Shown here one piece after another: positions 51,031 to 61,794 of a stretch of DNA of 64,000 nt. This DNA comes from Rhynchobatus australiae. Its lineage: Eukaryota. Made by a program: the position numbers and the translations under genes. The stretch lies in NCBI GenBank assembly GCA_034780895.1, contig JAUZTB010000033.1:44264700-44328699 (forward strand), written 5' to 3'. The notes under the pieces are model-generated. The model was not told the DNA's origin. It saw only the letters and a program-made list of their open reading frames with translations, and did not search any database. Each line of letters starts with the position of its first letter. The first letter of the stretch is position 1.

Positions 51031-52239
51031 ACATTTTAAAATGTCTTTGGTTTAATTATTTAAATGTGTTTCAGATGATTTTAGTTTCAAAATTATGAAC
51101 AATTTTGAAATGTTAATCATTTAATTTTTCATAGTTTTAAGACATTTCTAACGTCAAGGGTATTCCAATACAATGAAAACACTGCTTTCACATATGGCAA
51201 AACTGGAACATTGGTTTGCCACCTGACAAGATTTCCAACGAGGTACCATGGGTTGGACTTGTTTCATGTCACCCACATCAGTTGATTGTGATCCGGACCC
51301 AGTAATTTCAGAGCCACAGGGAAATTGGGTGCTGAGTTTGGACAGAGGGCCCCACTGAGCAAAATCCAGATCATAATTTTATCAAATTGGAAATCGAGAG
51401 ATGCAGAAAATAAAAGTGAATTAGTAAAACATTTTAAAGAGCTTGCTTATACATACATCCCACTACTCCCATATTAATTTTTGTTTAAACACACATGCAG
51501 TTTAATCAAAAATTTGTTCAAGATGCTATCAGTTTTACACCTCAGCTAAAATAACACTTCTACTCTTAATTGTTCAAAATCTACACTACAAGTCTATTGT
51601 TAACAATACTACTGATGGAAGACATGTTAAAGGATGAAGTACATGATTGAAAAATTTGAAAAAACATCTTTGAGAGCAATATTACAATAAGGTTTACTAG
51701 GGAATACTATGCTACAATATGACAACATTCAAAATGTACGTTTCAACTGCAAATAGACAATTCATCTTTTTAAGTTTTCTTTTAATGATTAGGATAAAAT
51801 GAGAAAGTACTTTTTTAATATACTATCATTGGTAACTACATGGAGAAATTCCAGTACACATTTACTGAAAATATATTTCTCATTTTCTCCTCAAACCACA
51901 TGTTTCACCAAAAGCAATCTACCATGCCTGCTCTCTTCCATCACTGAACTGGCTTAGGAAATAAAAGACCTACCAACAATTCTCTACAAATTTAAGCTTC
52001 TGTTCTGAAAAGCTACATCACCTCCACACCAAGGCACAAGTGATTAATATTGCTAGAGCACCAATGTTGGCCAGGCTTTCACATCAAGTTCCGGGCACAG
52101 CAGTGCCGTTACTAGTACACCCATCATGATATAATGACTCCTTGTAGCACTGAATTTATTTGTGTTCTCATTCCTGAGGGCTAAGCAGGGACCAGTGTGG
52201 AAGCACAAATAATGTGTCCTTTCAGGGTACTCACCAGGT

Positions 52240-52570
52240 AAAACATACAAGATCCCAAGGGGCCTTGACAGAGGGCAATTATCCTCGTGTAGGAGAATCT
52301 AGAATTAGGGGATCACTTTCTTGGGTCAGCATAATTAAAAAGAGGTGAAGCAATTTTTTTTCCCCTCTGGATAACTGCAAGTCTTAAGAACTGTCTTCCT
52401 CAAAGGGTGGTGGAAGCAGAAACTTCCTTGAAGCAGATTCTTGATAAGCTGGAGAGTAGGTAGGATTGCAAAGCTGAGGTTGCAATCAAATCAGCCAGAA
52501 CCTTAGTGAAATGAAGAGCAAGTTTGACAGGCTGGGTAGTCTATTTCTGCTCCTGATTCATACCTTCATA
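52240..52570 (+). mobile_element. CR1 3' fragment
   Basis: aaacatacaagatcccaaggggccttgacag...ctatttctgctcctgattcata. Confidence 0.7.
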
Positions 52571-52769
52571 CACAAGTAGTGGTGGTGAATTTGCTGGTCG
52601 AGGTGGCGGCAAAGAGGTGCGATGTCATTGGTGTTCACTGATAGGAGGTGTTGGTGAAATAGAGCAACAAACAAACTGCTGGAACTCAGTGGGTTGAGCA
52701 GATTCTGTGAGAGGAAAGGAACCATTGACACTTCAGGTCGAAACCCTGCATTAGGACCTAGTGAACCAG

Positions 52770-53670
52770 AGTTTTAATGGAATTTGTAATGCTGATGGTG
52801 AAGGTTCCGAGTATTTGGACAGTTCTCTTCTTTTTAATCTGATAAAGCTTCTTTTAGTAAACATGCAAACACATTTAAACCAGTACTCCCTATGGGATTG
52901 TTATCTTTGATGATAGCCAGTGTTTTCTCCACGTAGCTGAATGCCTCCAAAAGCCTTTTCATAGTAAGCTGTCTCCTGGTAGTGCTACCATGTCAGTGGC
53001 TTCTTATCCGATTTGTGACCACTCTCCCTCATGCTTTATCAGCTTTGTCAAACCTTGTTTGTAATCTTTGTCACGTGAGTCCATAACTTTCACATCACCG
53101 TCTCATTTGTCAATTTTACAATGTCTTCCTGCAGACGTGTCTGTTGGGTAAACCCATGACAATCACGATGCCATCTGGCCATAATTTCCTCCATGCACTT
53201 TTCACTGTTGCATGGGTTATGTCATGTCAAGAAGCACTCATGTAATCTCTATCTTGATATTGCACCTCATCCAAACTTCCTGAATGGTGGGTTTGTCATT
53301 GTTGCTCAACTCTGAAATGATATGCCTCATTATGTGCTGCCATTAGTAAGTTTTGAATGTAGTGATTGTACCCTGTTACAATGAAACTGATGTTGTCAGC
53401 CACTGTCTCAATGTTAATAGGATACTGGAGCACTCAAAGACTCTGTTGTCCAGGTTATTCTTTACACAATGTCATTCAACGAAGGCACGATATAATGACA
53501 TCACCCAGGCTTTTTGGTTAACTTGCCAGACTGCTGAAAGATTCACCCTGTAGAGCCCTCGTGTTCTCAAATTAGTCAATTAAGAAAGGCTTAAATTTGG
53601 TGTGGCCCTCTGCATTGTGTCCCACAGAGGAGAACAAGGCAATCTTTGGAATTAACATAGCACAACTGTC
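52770..53670 (-). mobile_element. Tigger/pogo (TcMar) DNA transposase relic
   Basis: Manual minus-strand translation gives motifs in the expected order: GHNAEGHTKFKPFLI, ENTRALQG, WQVNQKAWV, QGTITTFKTY, SAWRKLWPD, EAFSYVEKTLAIIKDNNP. Frameshifted and stop-interrupted. Confidence 0.8.
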
Positions 53671-53679
53671 AACCAAATG

Positions 53680-54171
53680 AACATAGAACAGGCCCATCGC
53701 CCATATGCCATATTAAACTAATCCCTTCTGCCTACACATGATCCATATCCCTCCAGTCCCTGCATGTGCCTATCTAAAAGCCTCTTAAATGCCACTATTT
53801 TATCTGGCTTCCACCACCACCTCTGGCAGCACATTCCAGGCATCTACCATTCTCTGTATAAACAAGCTTACCCCACACATCTCCTATAAACGATACCTCT
53901 CACCTTAATCCTATGCCCTTTAGTATTTGGCATTTCTACCTTCAGAAAGAGACTCTGACCGTTTACCCTCTCTAGGCCCCTCATAATTTTATAAACTTCT
54001 AACAGGTCTCCCCTCAGCCTCTGAGGCTCCAAAGAAAACAATCCAAATTTGTCCAACCTCTGATAGCTAATACCCTCTAATCTAGGCAGCATCCTGGTAA
54101 ACCTCTTCTGCACCCTCTCCAAAGCCTCCACATCCTTCCTGTAATGAGGCAACTGGACCTGTATGTACTAC
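53680..54171 (-). mobile_element. CR1 3' fragment
   Basis: ORF 53868..54152 PHYRKDVEALERVQKRFTRMLP..RLRGDLLEVYKIMRG. Confidence 0.92.
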
Positions 54172-55526
54172 NNNNNNNNNNNNNNNNNNNNNNNNNNNNN
54201 NNNNNNNNNNNNNNNNNNNNNNNNNNNNNNNNNNNNNNNNNNNNNNNNNNNNNNNNNNNNNNNNNNNNNNNCCACACCAAGGCACAAGTGCGACATTCAG
54301 AAACTCAAGGCAACAGGAATAAGCCTACATTTCCTCATCACATCATTCTAAGAACTGCTGCTCCAATATGCTACAGGCTTTACAATATGAATTAACAACA
54401 TGCCTACTGCACATTCTTAATACCTTGCTGTCCACTTACTGCTACTATGCATCCTCTCTTCAACCAGTACTGGGAAGCAGTCAAAGCCAGAAATGGCAAA
54501 CAGTGGTTGTAATTTAAGGTTATCAATTTTGCTGAGTTTTGATTAAATTTGTAAGACAAATCACACTCAATCACAAAACAAAGCTTTATATCTATGTAGA
54601 AAACGTAGCATTGATTCCAAAAGCCCAGTCAGAGCCCTGTACACCACAACTGGCCAGCAGGTGGTAGGTTTGCAGCAAGACAAGTTATGTATTTTAGCAG
54701 CCAAAGGATTAGCAAAATTGTCTAGTTGCATTCAAGAAAGAGGAAACTCAAGCAGAGCATCCTCTGAGTATTAAAATGCTCAAGTGTTTGAAGTTTCCAT
54801 TTTTGCTATCAACAATTCTTGATTTAGTTATAGAGGGAAGAAAATATAAATCTTTTGAACAGAATTCAGGAATGCTAATAGGAGGGTGACTGCAGTTAAA
54901 GTACACACTTTTGATGGCTGCAGAAATTTTAGGTATTAAATTAAGATTAAGCAGTTTAAAAAAAGTTTAAGAAAGTCTACAGAAATCTGCAATCAAATTA
55001 TTTTTTTATTTGTACTACACCTTTTGATACAGTGAAAAATTTAAGCACCTTAAAGAAACATTAACAAAACTTAACACTCAGCTTCATCAGGAGAAATTAG
55101 GGCAAATGACTAAATGTTTGGTCAGAGGTGGGATTTAAAGATTGACAGTAATACAGTCATACATGAGCACAGTTAGGACATCTCACATGGACTTCATTTA
55201 TAAGGGAGGGGAAATTATACCAATGCTTAATTAAAACCATGCCTGCAGCAAATTTACAAAATACTTAAATCAGTAGTTCTCAGACTTATTAACAAAATCT
55301 TCATCCAGAACTACTATTTCAACTTATCAAACATTTCAGCATTTAAAAACAATAAAAATAGCAAAACAAATTCAGTCATTCTCATACATATTTCTGCATA
55401 CATGGTTTGAAAGGCAGCGTCATGTGATCATGGTTGAAGGCTGACTTTACAGAAATATAATCAGATAAAGGCTTTAAAAAAAGAACAAAATTTAAAACTG
55501 TAATTAAAGATGCTGCATTAGAATTA

Positions 55527-55601
55527 ATAAAGTACAGTACATCAACAGTCCTGAGAATGGAAGTTTAAACTATAATGCCTTTGTGGCCCTTTCCTAATCC
55601 A
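55527..55601 (+). repeat. 75-bp direct repeat, copy 1 (copy 2 at 56868-56942)
   Basis: 68/75 identical by manual ungapped alignment. Confidence 0.9.
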
Positions 55602-56319
55602 TCTCAACAACACTTCATTTTTAAATCACATGGGAAGCTCAAGACACTCAGAAGTGAAGCAAAATAAGGTTAATTCAGAAAACTGGATTTGACATATCTT
55701 TGCAAAATATTACTTGCCTTTTTGGAACAGGGAGAGGGGGTGCTATAAATTAAATACTGGGTGAGAAGGTTATATGGAACTGAATGCACAAAGAACCCAG
55801 AATCAGAAACAAAGAAATGGGGGTGGGGAAAGAAAGTAAAATGGCTAAATCTTAGAGTGCTTGGCATAAAAAGCTAAACTAAACAAAGTGAAAATGAAGG
55901 AAGTCTATGGGAATGTAAACTTTATTTATGCAAACAGTGTTTGCAAAGAAATCCATTAAAAAAAGCACAAGTACAATTCTGCACTGCTAATGCAATAGCT
56001 GAAGATAAATTACAAAAGGAACTGAAGGTATATGAACAACAGAGTTTCAGGAGGTACAACACAAGATTAGAATGAAAGAATATGACCAATGAAATATCTG
56101 TTAGTTCTGCCACTTGGAAAAAAAGTACAACAAAAAAAGCATAACAACAGGTGCAATTGGAACTCTCTCAACATCAGTTCTTCCCTTTAGTTCCCAACCA
56201 ACACCACACAACATCAACAACTAAAACTTCCAGGAAACTCCATCCTCCAGAAAAGATTATCTCTAGAGCAAACACAACAATTTGAAATAGAACAGCCACA
56301 AATCAATTATTCCCCTTAC

Positions 56320-56385
56320 TTGTTTTTCACTGAGTGTGGTTATCTTGGCTTGCAATTCATGAAGCTGTTTCTTCAAATCAGCATT
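56320..56385 (-). CDS. PHF21A: PHF21A-like coding exon 3 (66 nt), [22 protein letters not shown] (predicted coiled coil)
   Basis: ttttatttcacag|AAT GCT GAT ... GAA AAA CAA|gtaagg. Visible inside ORF 56263..56466. Phase 0, matches recalled [22 protein letters not shown]. Confidence 0.94.
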
Positions 56386-56755
56386 CTGTGAAATAAAATT
56401 TAACAATGTGATATCACATGTCATTACTAATACAAGTCCTGTTATCATACTAGAAAAATGAGTCATTCAACATTTTCAGTTGAATACTCTAGAGGAACTC
56501 AAAAAGCCATTTTGGTTAGTCATTTTTTTAAAATGACTAAAACAACTTCATTGTCTGTCTTACTGGATTTAAAAATGTCTTAGATTTTGGAACAGGCCAG
56601 AACTATAATGACATTTTATAAAAATATCCTACTAATTTTTATGAATAATTAGGAAACAATGTGAAAGAAAACATTCTAACATCCTAAACTGTTTTAAAAT
56701 CTATATATTAAAATGTGTGCATATACAATAAGTAAACAGGATACAAGAAATATAC

Positions 56756-56788
56756 CTGTGGATCCTGTTTCATCTGGGCCACAAGTTT
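56756..56788 (-). CDS. PHF21A: PHF21A-like coding exon 2 (33 nt), KLVAQMKQDPQ
   Basis: ccaaacag|AAA CTT GTG GCC CAG ATG AAA CAG GAT CCA CAG|gtatat. Canonical AG/GT, phase 0, identical to the recalled PHF21A peptide. Confidence 0.93.
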
Positions 56789-56867
56789 CTGTTTGGATAA
56801 AACAGAGAAAGTTAATTGGGAGAGGAAATAATGTCACAATATACAAACTACTTGAACTGATTTTATT

Positions 56868-56942
56868 ATAAAGTACAGTACTTTAATAGACCTGAGAATG
56901 GAAGTTTAAACTACAATGCCTTAGTGACCCTTTCCTAATCCA
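56868..56942 (+). repeat. 75-bp direct repeat, copy 2
   Basis: ataaagtacagtac...cctgagaatggaagtttaaact...ccctttcctaatcca matches 55527-55601. Confidence 0.9.
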
Positions 56943-57639
56943 AGCTCTCAGATTGTTATCCCAACTACCTCTATTTTAAAATAGCTTCTAATTAGCCCCA
57001 ATTTTGCTTTATGATTCAAACATATCTGGGAAGTCCTTGCCTGCTGGTAACGTGAGCCCTTTTTAATTAAAAAGTTTGATTTCTCTCCCATTCAAAAATC
57101 AGCAGTGGCTAACACTTTCAGGACTCAGGCAAACCTACTGCATGAAAGATTATGAACGCACTGATACTTTACATTTTTGGATCCAAAGTTGTTATTTACA
57201 GTAATCCGTAAAGTTTGTTAGTTCATAACTTTTCCACAATTATATGCACTTTTAACCTTATTTGTTTTCACCTAGTTAAAAAAAGACATGATGTCATATT
57301 AAATTCTTAAAAATGTTACAGCCTCAAATGAAAAAGTCCGCAAGTCATTATTTTAATGATATAAATGGAAATAAATGCTTTCTTGCCAATTAATTTCTTT
57401 TTAACAAACTTGTACGACTTACACAGTGCGCCTCCTTTGAGAGACGGNNNNNNNNNNNNNNNNNNNNNNNNNNNNNNNNNNNNNNNNNNNNNNNNNNNNN
57501 NNNNNNNNNNNNNNNNNNNNNNNNNNNNNNNNNNNNNNNNNNNNNNNCTTACACAGTGCGCCTCCTTTGAGAGACGGTGGCTGAAATTAATACACACATA
57601 CAATTACACGCAATAAATGAAAATAAGAGACCAGATTAC

Positions 57640-57693
57640 CTGATGAAACTGGATTTCCACTTTCAGAGCCTCCTGCAGAGTTTGCAACTCCAT
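57640..57693 (-). CDS. PHF21A: PHD finger protein 21 (PHF21A/BHC80-like), first coding exon, MELQTLQEALKVEIQFHQ
   Basis: Reverse complement reads gaggagATG GAG TTG CAA ACT CTG CAG GAG GCT CTG AAA GTG GAA ATC CAG TTT CAT CAG|gtaatc: 54 nt, good Kozak context, GT donor. The peptide matches the recalled PHF21A N-terminus (MELQTLQEALKVEIQVHQ). The paralog PHF21B is not excluded. Confidence 0.92.
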
Positions 57694-57699
57694 CTCCTC

Positions 57700-59190
57700 T
57701 ACTTCCCGCGCCACTTTCCTTCACTTTTTTTCTCTCTCCACCCCTCTAAAAAAAGGCAACAAAAAAAAGGAAAGCCCCGAGCTCCCCTTCTCTTTTTTTC
57801 CCCCTCTTTCCGCACGTAGCCAAAATAGTGGAGAGGAATTTTTTTTAAAAATCAACAAAAACAGGGCCCGAAATAATTTCAGGAGGGGGAAAGTGCATCA
57901 AACATCGCGGTCGGCCGCATGTGTATAAATATCAACTTTATTTTATATTGATAAAATGTTTTATATCTAGTATATAAATATATATATTATATATTTAGGG
58001 AGAGAGAAGGGGAAACAGAAAGACCAGAGAGTGAAGGCAAAACAAGTTCACCCATCCACCGGACTCATCGCTCTGCGCCGCCGCCGAGCCAGAGGGGGGC
58101 GGTGAGCTGCCCGAGTCCGACCAACAGCAACTTCAAAAACATTTACCCCGCTCCCTAAATCATCGGAACCACAGGGCCCTCACGTTACAGTTAAAATCCC
58201 ACCGAAAAAAAATCAACCGACTGAGAGGAGGAGGAGGAGGAGGAGGGAGGGAGGGGGTTGTGTGGGGTGGGGGGGGAGAGAGAAAAAGCGGTCGGGGTGG
58301 CGTGGGAGGGGAGGAGAGGGAAAGGGGGGGAGGAGGAGGAGGNNNNNNNNNNNNNNNNNNNNNNNNNNNNNNNNNNNNNNNNNNNNNNNNNNNNNNNNNN
58401 NNNNNNNNNNNNNNNNNNNNNNNNNNNNNNNNNNNNNNNNNNNNNNNNNNNNNNNNNNNNNNNNNNNNNNNNNNNNNNNNNNNNNNNNNNNNNNNNNNNN
58501 NNNNNNNNNNNNNNNNNNNNNNNNNNNNNNNNNNNNNNNNNNNNNNNNNNNNNNNNNNNNNNNNNNNNNNNNNNNNNNNNNNNNNNNNNNNNNNNNNNNN
58601 NNNNNNNNNNNNNNNNNNNNNNNNNNNNNNNNNNNNNNNNNNNNNNNNNNNNNNNNNNNNNNNNNNNNNNNNNNNNNNNNNNNNNNNNNNNNNNNNNNNN
58701 NNNNNNNNNNNNNNNNNNNNNNNNNNNNNNNNNNNNNNNNNNNNNNNNNNNNNNNNNNNNNNNNNNNNNNNNNNNNNNNNNNNNNNNNNNNNNNNNNNNN
58801 NNNNNNNNNNNNNNNNNNNNNNNNNNNNNNNNNNNNNNNNNNNNNNNNNNNNNNNNNNNNNNNNNNNNNNNNNNNNNNNNNNNNNNNNNNNNNNNNNNNN
58901 NNNNNNNNNNNNNNNNNNNNNNNNNNNNNNNNNNNNNNNNNNNNNNNNNNNNNNNNNNNNNNNNCTCGGCGGCTCGCGCGCGTCAACAAACCGCGCGCGC
59001 GCGCGACCGAGGCGGGGGGGGGAGCCGTTTAATTGAGCGCAGGGAGACGGGAGCGCGAGAGGTTGTGGAGGTGGGGTGAGGACTACTTGACGGCGCGAGC
59101 GGTGGCGAATTTATTTCACTTTGCCTAAGGAACAGCGGTGCTGTGGCTCTCATTGCCTAGGGAAAGTACCCGGATGCTGCGACTCCTCAC
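57700..59190. promoter_or_regulatory. CpG island / promoter and 5'UTR region of the PHF21 gene (interrupted by an N gap)
   Basis: Sharp rise in GC and CpG (cgcgcgcgcgcg, cgccgccgccg, GGA repeats) directly upstream of the ATG exon, in an otherwise CpG-depleted window. Confidence 0.85.
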
Positions 59191-60859
59191 TTTTTACTCC
59201 AAACTCAAATGGGATTATTTATTTAACTTTCTTTTTGTGTAACTAACTTATTTTTAGCATGACTCGTTCGGATTTAAAACAGAAGAGAAAAAAAATTAAA
59301 CCCTGGCAACTTAAATCAAATCGTGAAAAAAACCTGAACTTTCATTTTCTATTCCCATGATTTCAAGATAATTTTACTAAATTGATTATTTGTGCATTTT
59401 TCAAGGGTCAGGTTTATAATAATTACCTGTTGTTATTTAAGAGCCTGAACTTGAATCAAATTTCAGTGTTATTCAGAAATGTTAATTTCAGGAATTGAAC
59501 AAAACATTTTTTATATTAACGGAACTGCTTTAAAATTTCCCATACATATGTGTTACCCTTATGATTTTATTACATGTGTGCTTTTGGCAATTGCGTATTT
59601 CTTTTAAGGATTTTTTAAAAACATTAAAATGTTTTAAACTTTATGGTTGTCAGAAACATTTTACACTTGATTTTGATNNNNNNNNNNNNNNNNNNNNNNN
59701 NNNNNNNNNNNNNNNNNNNNNNNNNNNNNNNNNNNNNNNNNNNNNNNNNNNNNNNNNNNNNNNNNNNNNNNNNNNNNNNNNNNNNNNNNNNNNNNNNNNN
59801 NNNNNNNNNNNNNNNNNNNNNNNNNNNNNNNNNNNNNNNNNNNNNNNNNNNNNNNNNNNNNNNNNNNNNNNNNNNNNNNNNNNNNNNNNNNNNNNNNNNN
59901 NNNNNNNNNNNNNNNNNNNNNNNNNNNNNNNNNNNNNNNNNNNNNNNNNNNNNNNNNNNNNNNNNNGACAATCAAAATTTAAAACCATGAGTGTTTTTTA
60001 TTTTTAAGAATGACAACTTATTTATTTTCCCCAAGATACATTCACAATTTTCCTCCCCAATTGACGTGTAGAAATATTCAGAGGTTTGTTGCAGTTCCTG
60101 CGTGAAAAGGAATGAGACAGAATCCGGTTTTAATTAGTCTTTTGTTTTTATTATTTCAGGTATTCCAGTTATAATGTTGGTCCAACCTTTGTTATTTTAA
60201 TATTGTATTTGATACTTTTGCTGACTGAGACAATCATGAAATCCTGAAATTCTGTGTATCAAGTTTACAAGGTTCAAAAAAAAATCTGCAGGCACGAGCG
60301 AAGTCGACTAAAGTCCCAACATAGTATTCTCTTTAACTCTTCCAAGCCCAGTTCTATTTAAACATGCTCGCACCGTTACTCTCAATACAAAGCACAACTT
60401 GCAAATCACCTTGCTACAAATTTTCATTATTTTTAGAGAGGTGTAAAATATTCCGCATACCATCCCTCCCATGTTCACAATCTAAATTTTAACTAAACTG
60501 TCTCCTGTAGTAACTAAATAATTGATTAAAAATGATAGGAGGAATTAAGATGACTTTGTCCGCTTCAAACAAAACGACATTTTTCAAATATTCTCACTAT
60601 TGTAGTAGGTGAAGAAATAATAATAATAAAAGTAACAGATCAGTAATTGCATAAATTGGTCTGTGCCCTTTTTGGACAATTTCATTGGCCAGTGTCGATC
60701 ACATGACTCCAAAGCCGTGGTATTTAGTATGACTCTCATTGGCCAATAGAAATCATGTGGCTGGTCTACATGTGTCACTTTCTTGCGATTTTATTATCCC
60801 AGCTACTAATGTGTGTGAACTGATTCTTCCATTTGATTATCAGGGTTCCAGACTAAATT

Positions 60860-61790
60860 AGTTGAGAGGGGATGAAATCTGAGTAATGGCAGATAGATTC
60901 AAGGACATAAAATAATTATTGCTCAGGCAGTTCATGCTGAAATAGTTTTTAAGCATGGTTTTGGACTAAAGGAATATTAGAAACCAGAACGAAGTGTGCC
61001 CTGTTGTGAGGTCCAGTCTGAAGCCAAAGCCATGGGAATGCCAAAAATATATTCAATCCAAGTTCAGCAGGGAGGGAGGTCAAGTTTGCAGAGAGATCCC
61101 AGCTAGGCTGAACTCAATTAGGGCAGAATTTATCATAGGAGCCTTGAAACGTGTCCCAGTGCCTCACAGCTTGAGATGTATCTTAGAAAATCTGTTTCAA
61201 CCATTCTAATTTGCATGAAGGAGTTTTCAGAAAAGTCTGTTCCTGCACAAACTCTGCTTGGTTGCTTTCACTGCTGTCCGTTCCAATTACCATTCTGCTA
61301 TCTCGAAGAGATGGTGGTCCCCCACAGAGGGCTTGTTTGGGAATCTTCCCATTTTTCATCAGAGATTTGGCATGGAGAATATTCCATGATGAAGTCCCAT
61401 GCCATAAATTAATGAGATTCATGGACTTCCAGGGTACCTGCAATTTCTGTGACCAAGAAGAGCCAATCTTTTATGCATATTAGGTACATGATGTTGCAAA
61501 ATCCTTTCCATTATTTGAAGCAGCTGCCCCTCAATTTCTTTTGTAGTTCACTGCCACACCTCTGATCTTTGACCATATGGTAAGGAGGGGAGAAAAGGAT
61601 CTTCTCATAGGGTTACTTTACATTTGACCAAGCTAGCGATCTAAAGGTCCAGGACTAGAACATAAAGGGTCTCACTTAACCTGACTCTCTATCTCTCTTC
61701 CTGGGCTACTTCACACCATGACACCCCTGGAGGAAAGCACTAGGTGCTCACCAACATATTTGAATCCTTCTGTCACTGGTTTTCACCCGG
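60860..61790 (+). mobile_element. Tx1/L1-clade LINE ORF2 C-terminal relic (zf-RVT region)
   Basis: ORF 61211..61483 contains IRDLAWRIFH..CNFCDQEEPIFY, resembling the DLxWRxLH...CxFC..ETxxH motif. Boundaries approximate. Confidence 0.65.
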
Positions 61791-61794
61791 CAGA

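Larger units (their letters stand above)
1..56319 (-). other. Very large intron of the PHF21 gene (next expected exon KRVVEQLRK... not seen)
   Basis: GT donor at 56318-56319 and no recognisable downstream PHF21 peptide by eye or in the ORF track. An exon hidden in a gap or missed by eye cannot be excluded. Confidence 0.7.

Noticed and set aside
52024-54290. 19-bp match ccacaccaaggcacaagtg at 52024-52042 and 54272-54290 as a possible TSD
   Set aside because: The second copy abuts an N gap and the enclosed sequence is a mix of unrelated elements of different ages, so it cannot be distinguished from an assembly effect.
57418-57577. Exact repeat cttacacagtgcgcctcctttgagagacgg on both sides of a gap
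   Set aside because: Same contig-overlap artefact.
60140-60260. Plus-strand splice-acceptor-like site (ttattatttcag) suggesting a divergent gene exon
   Set aside because: No recognisable peptide or convincing donor follows, and such motifs are common in AT-rich DNA.
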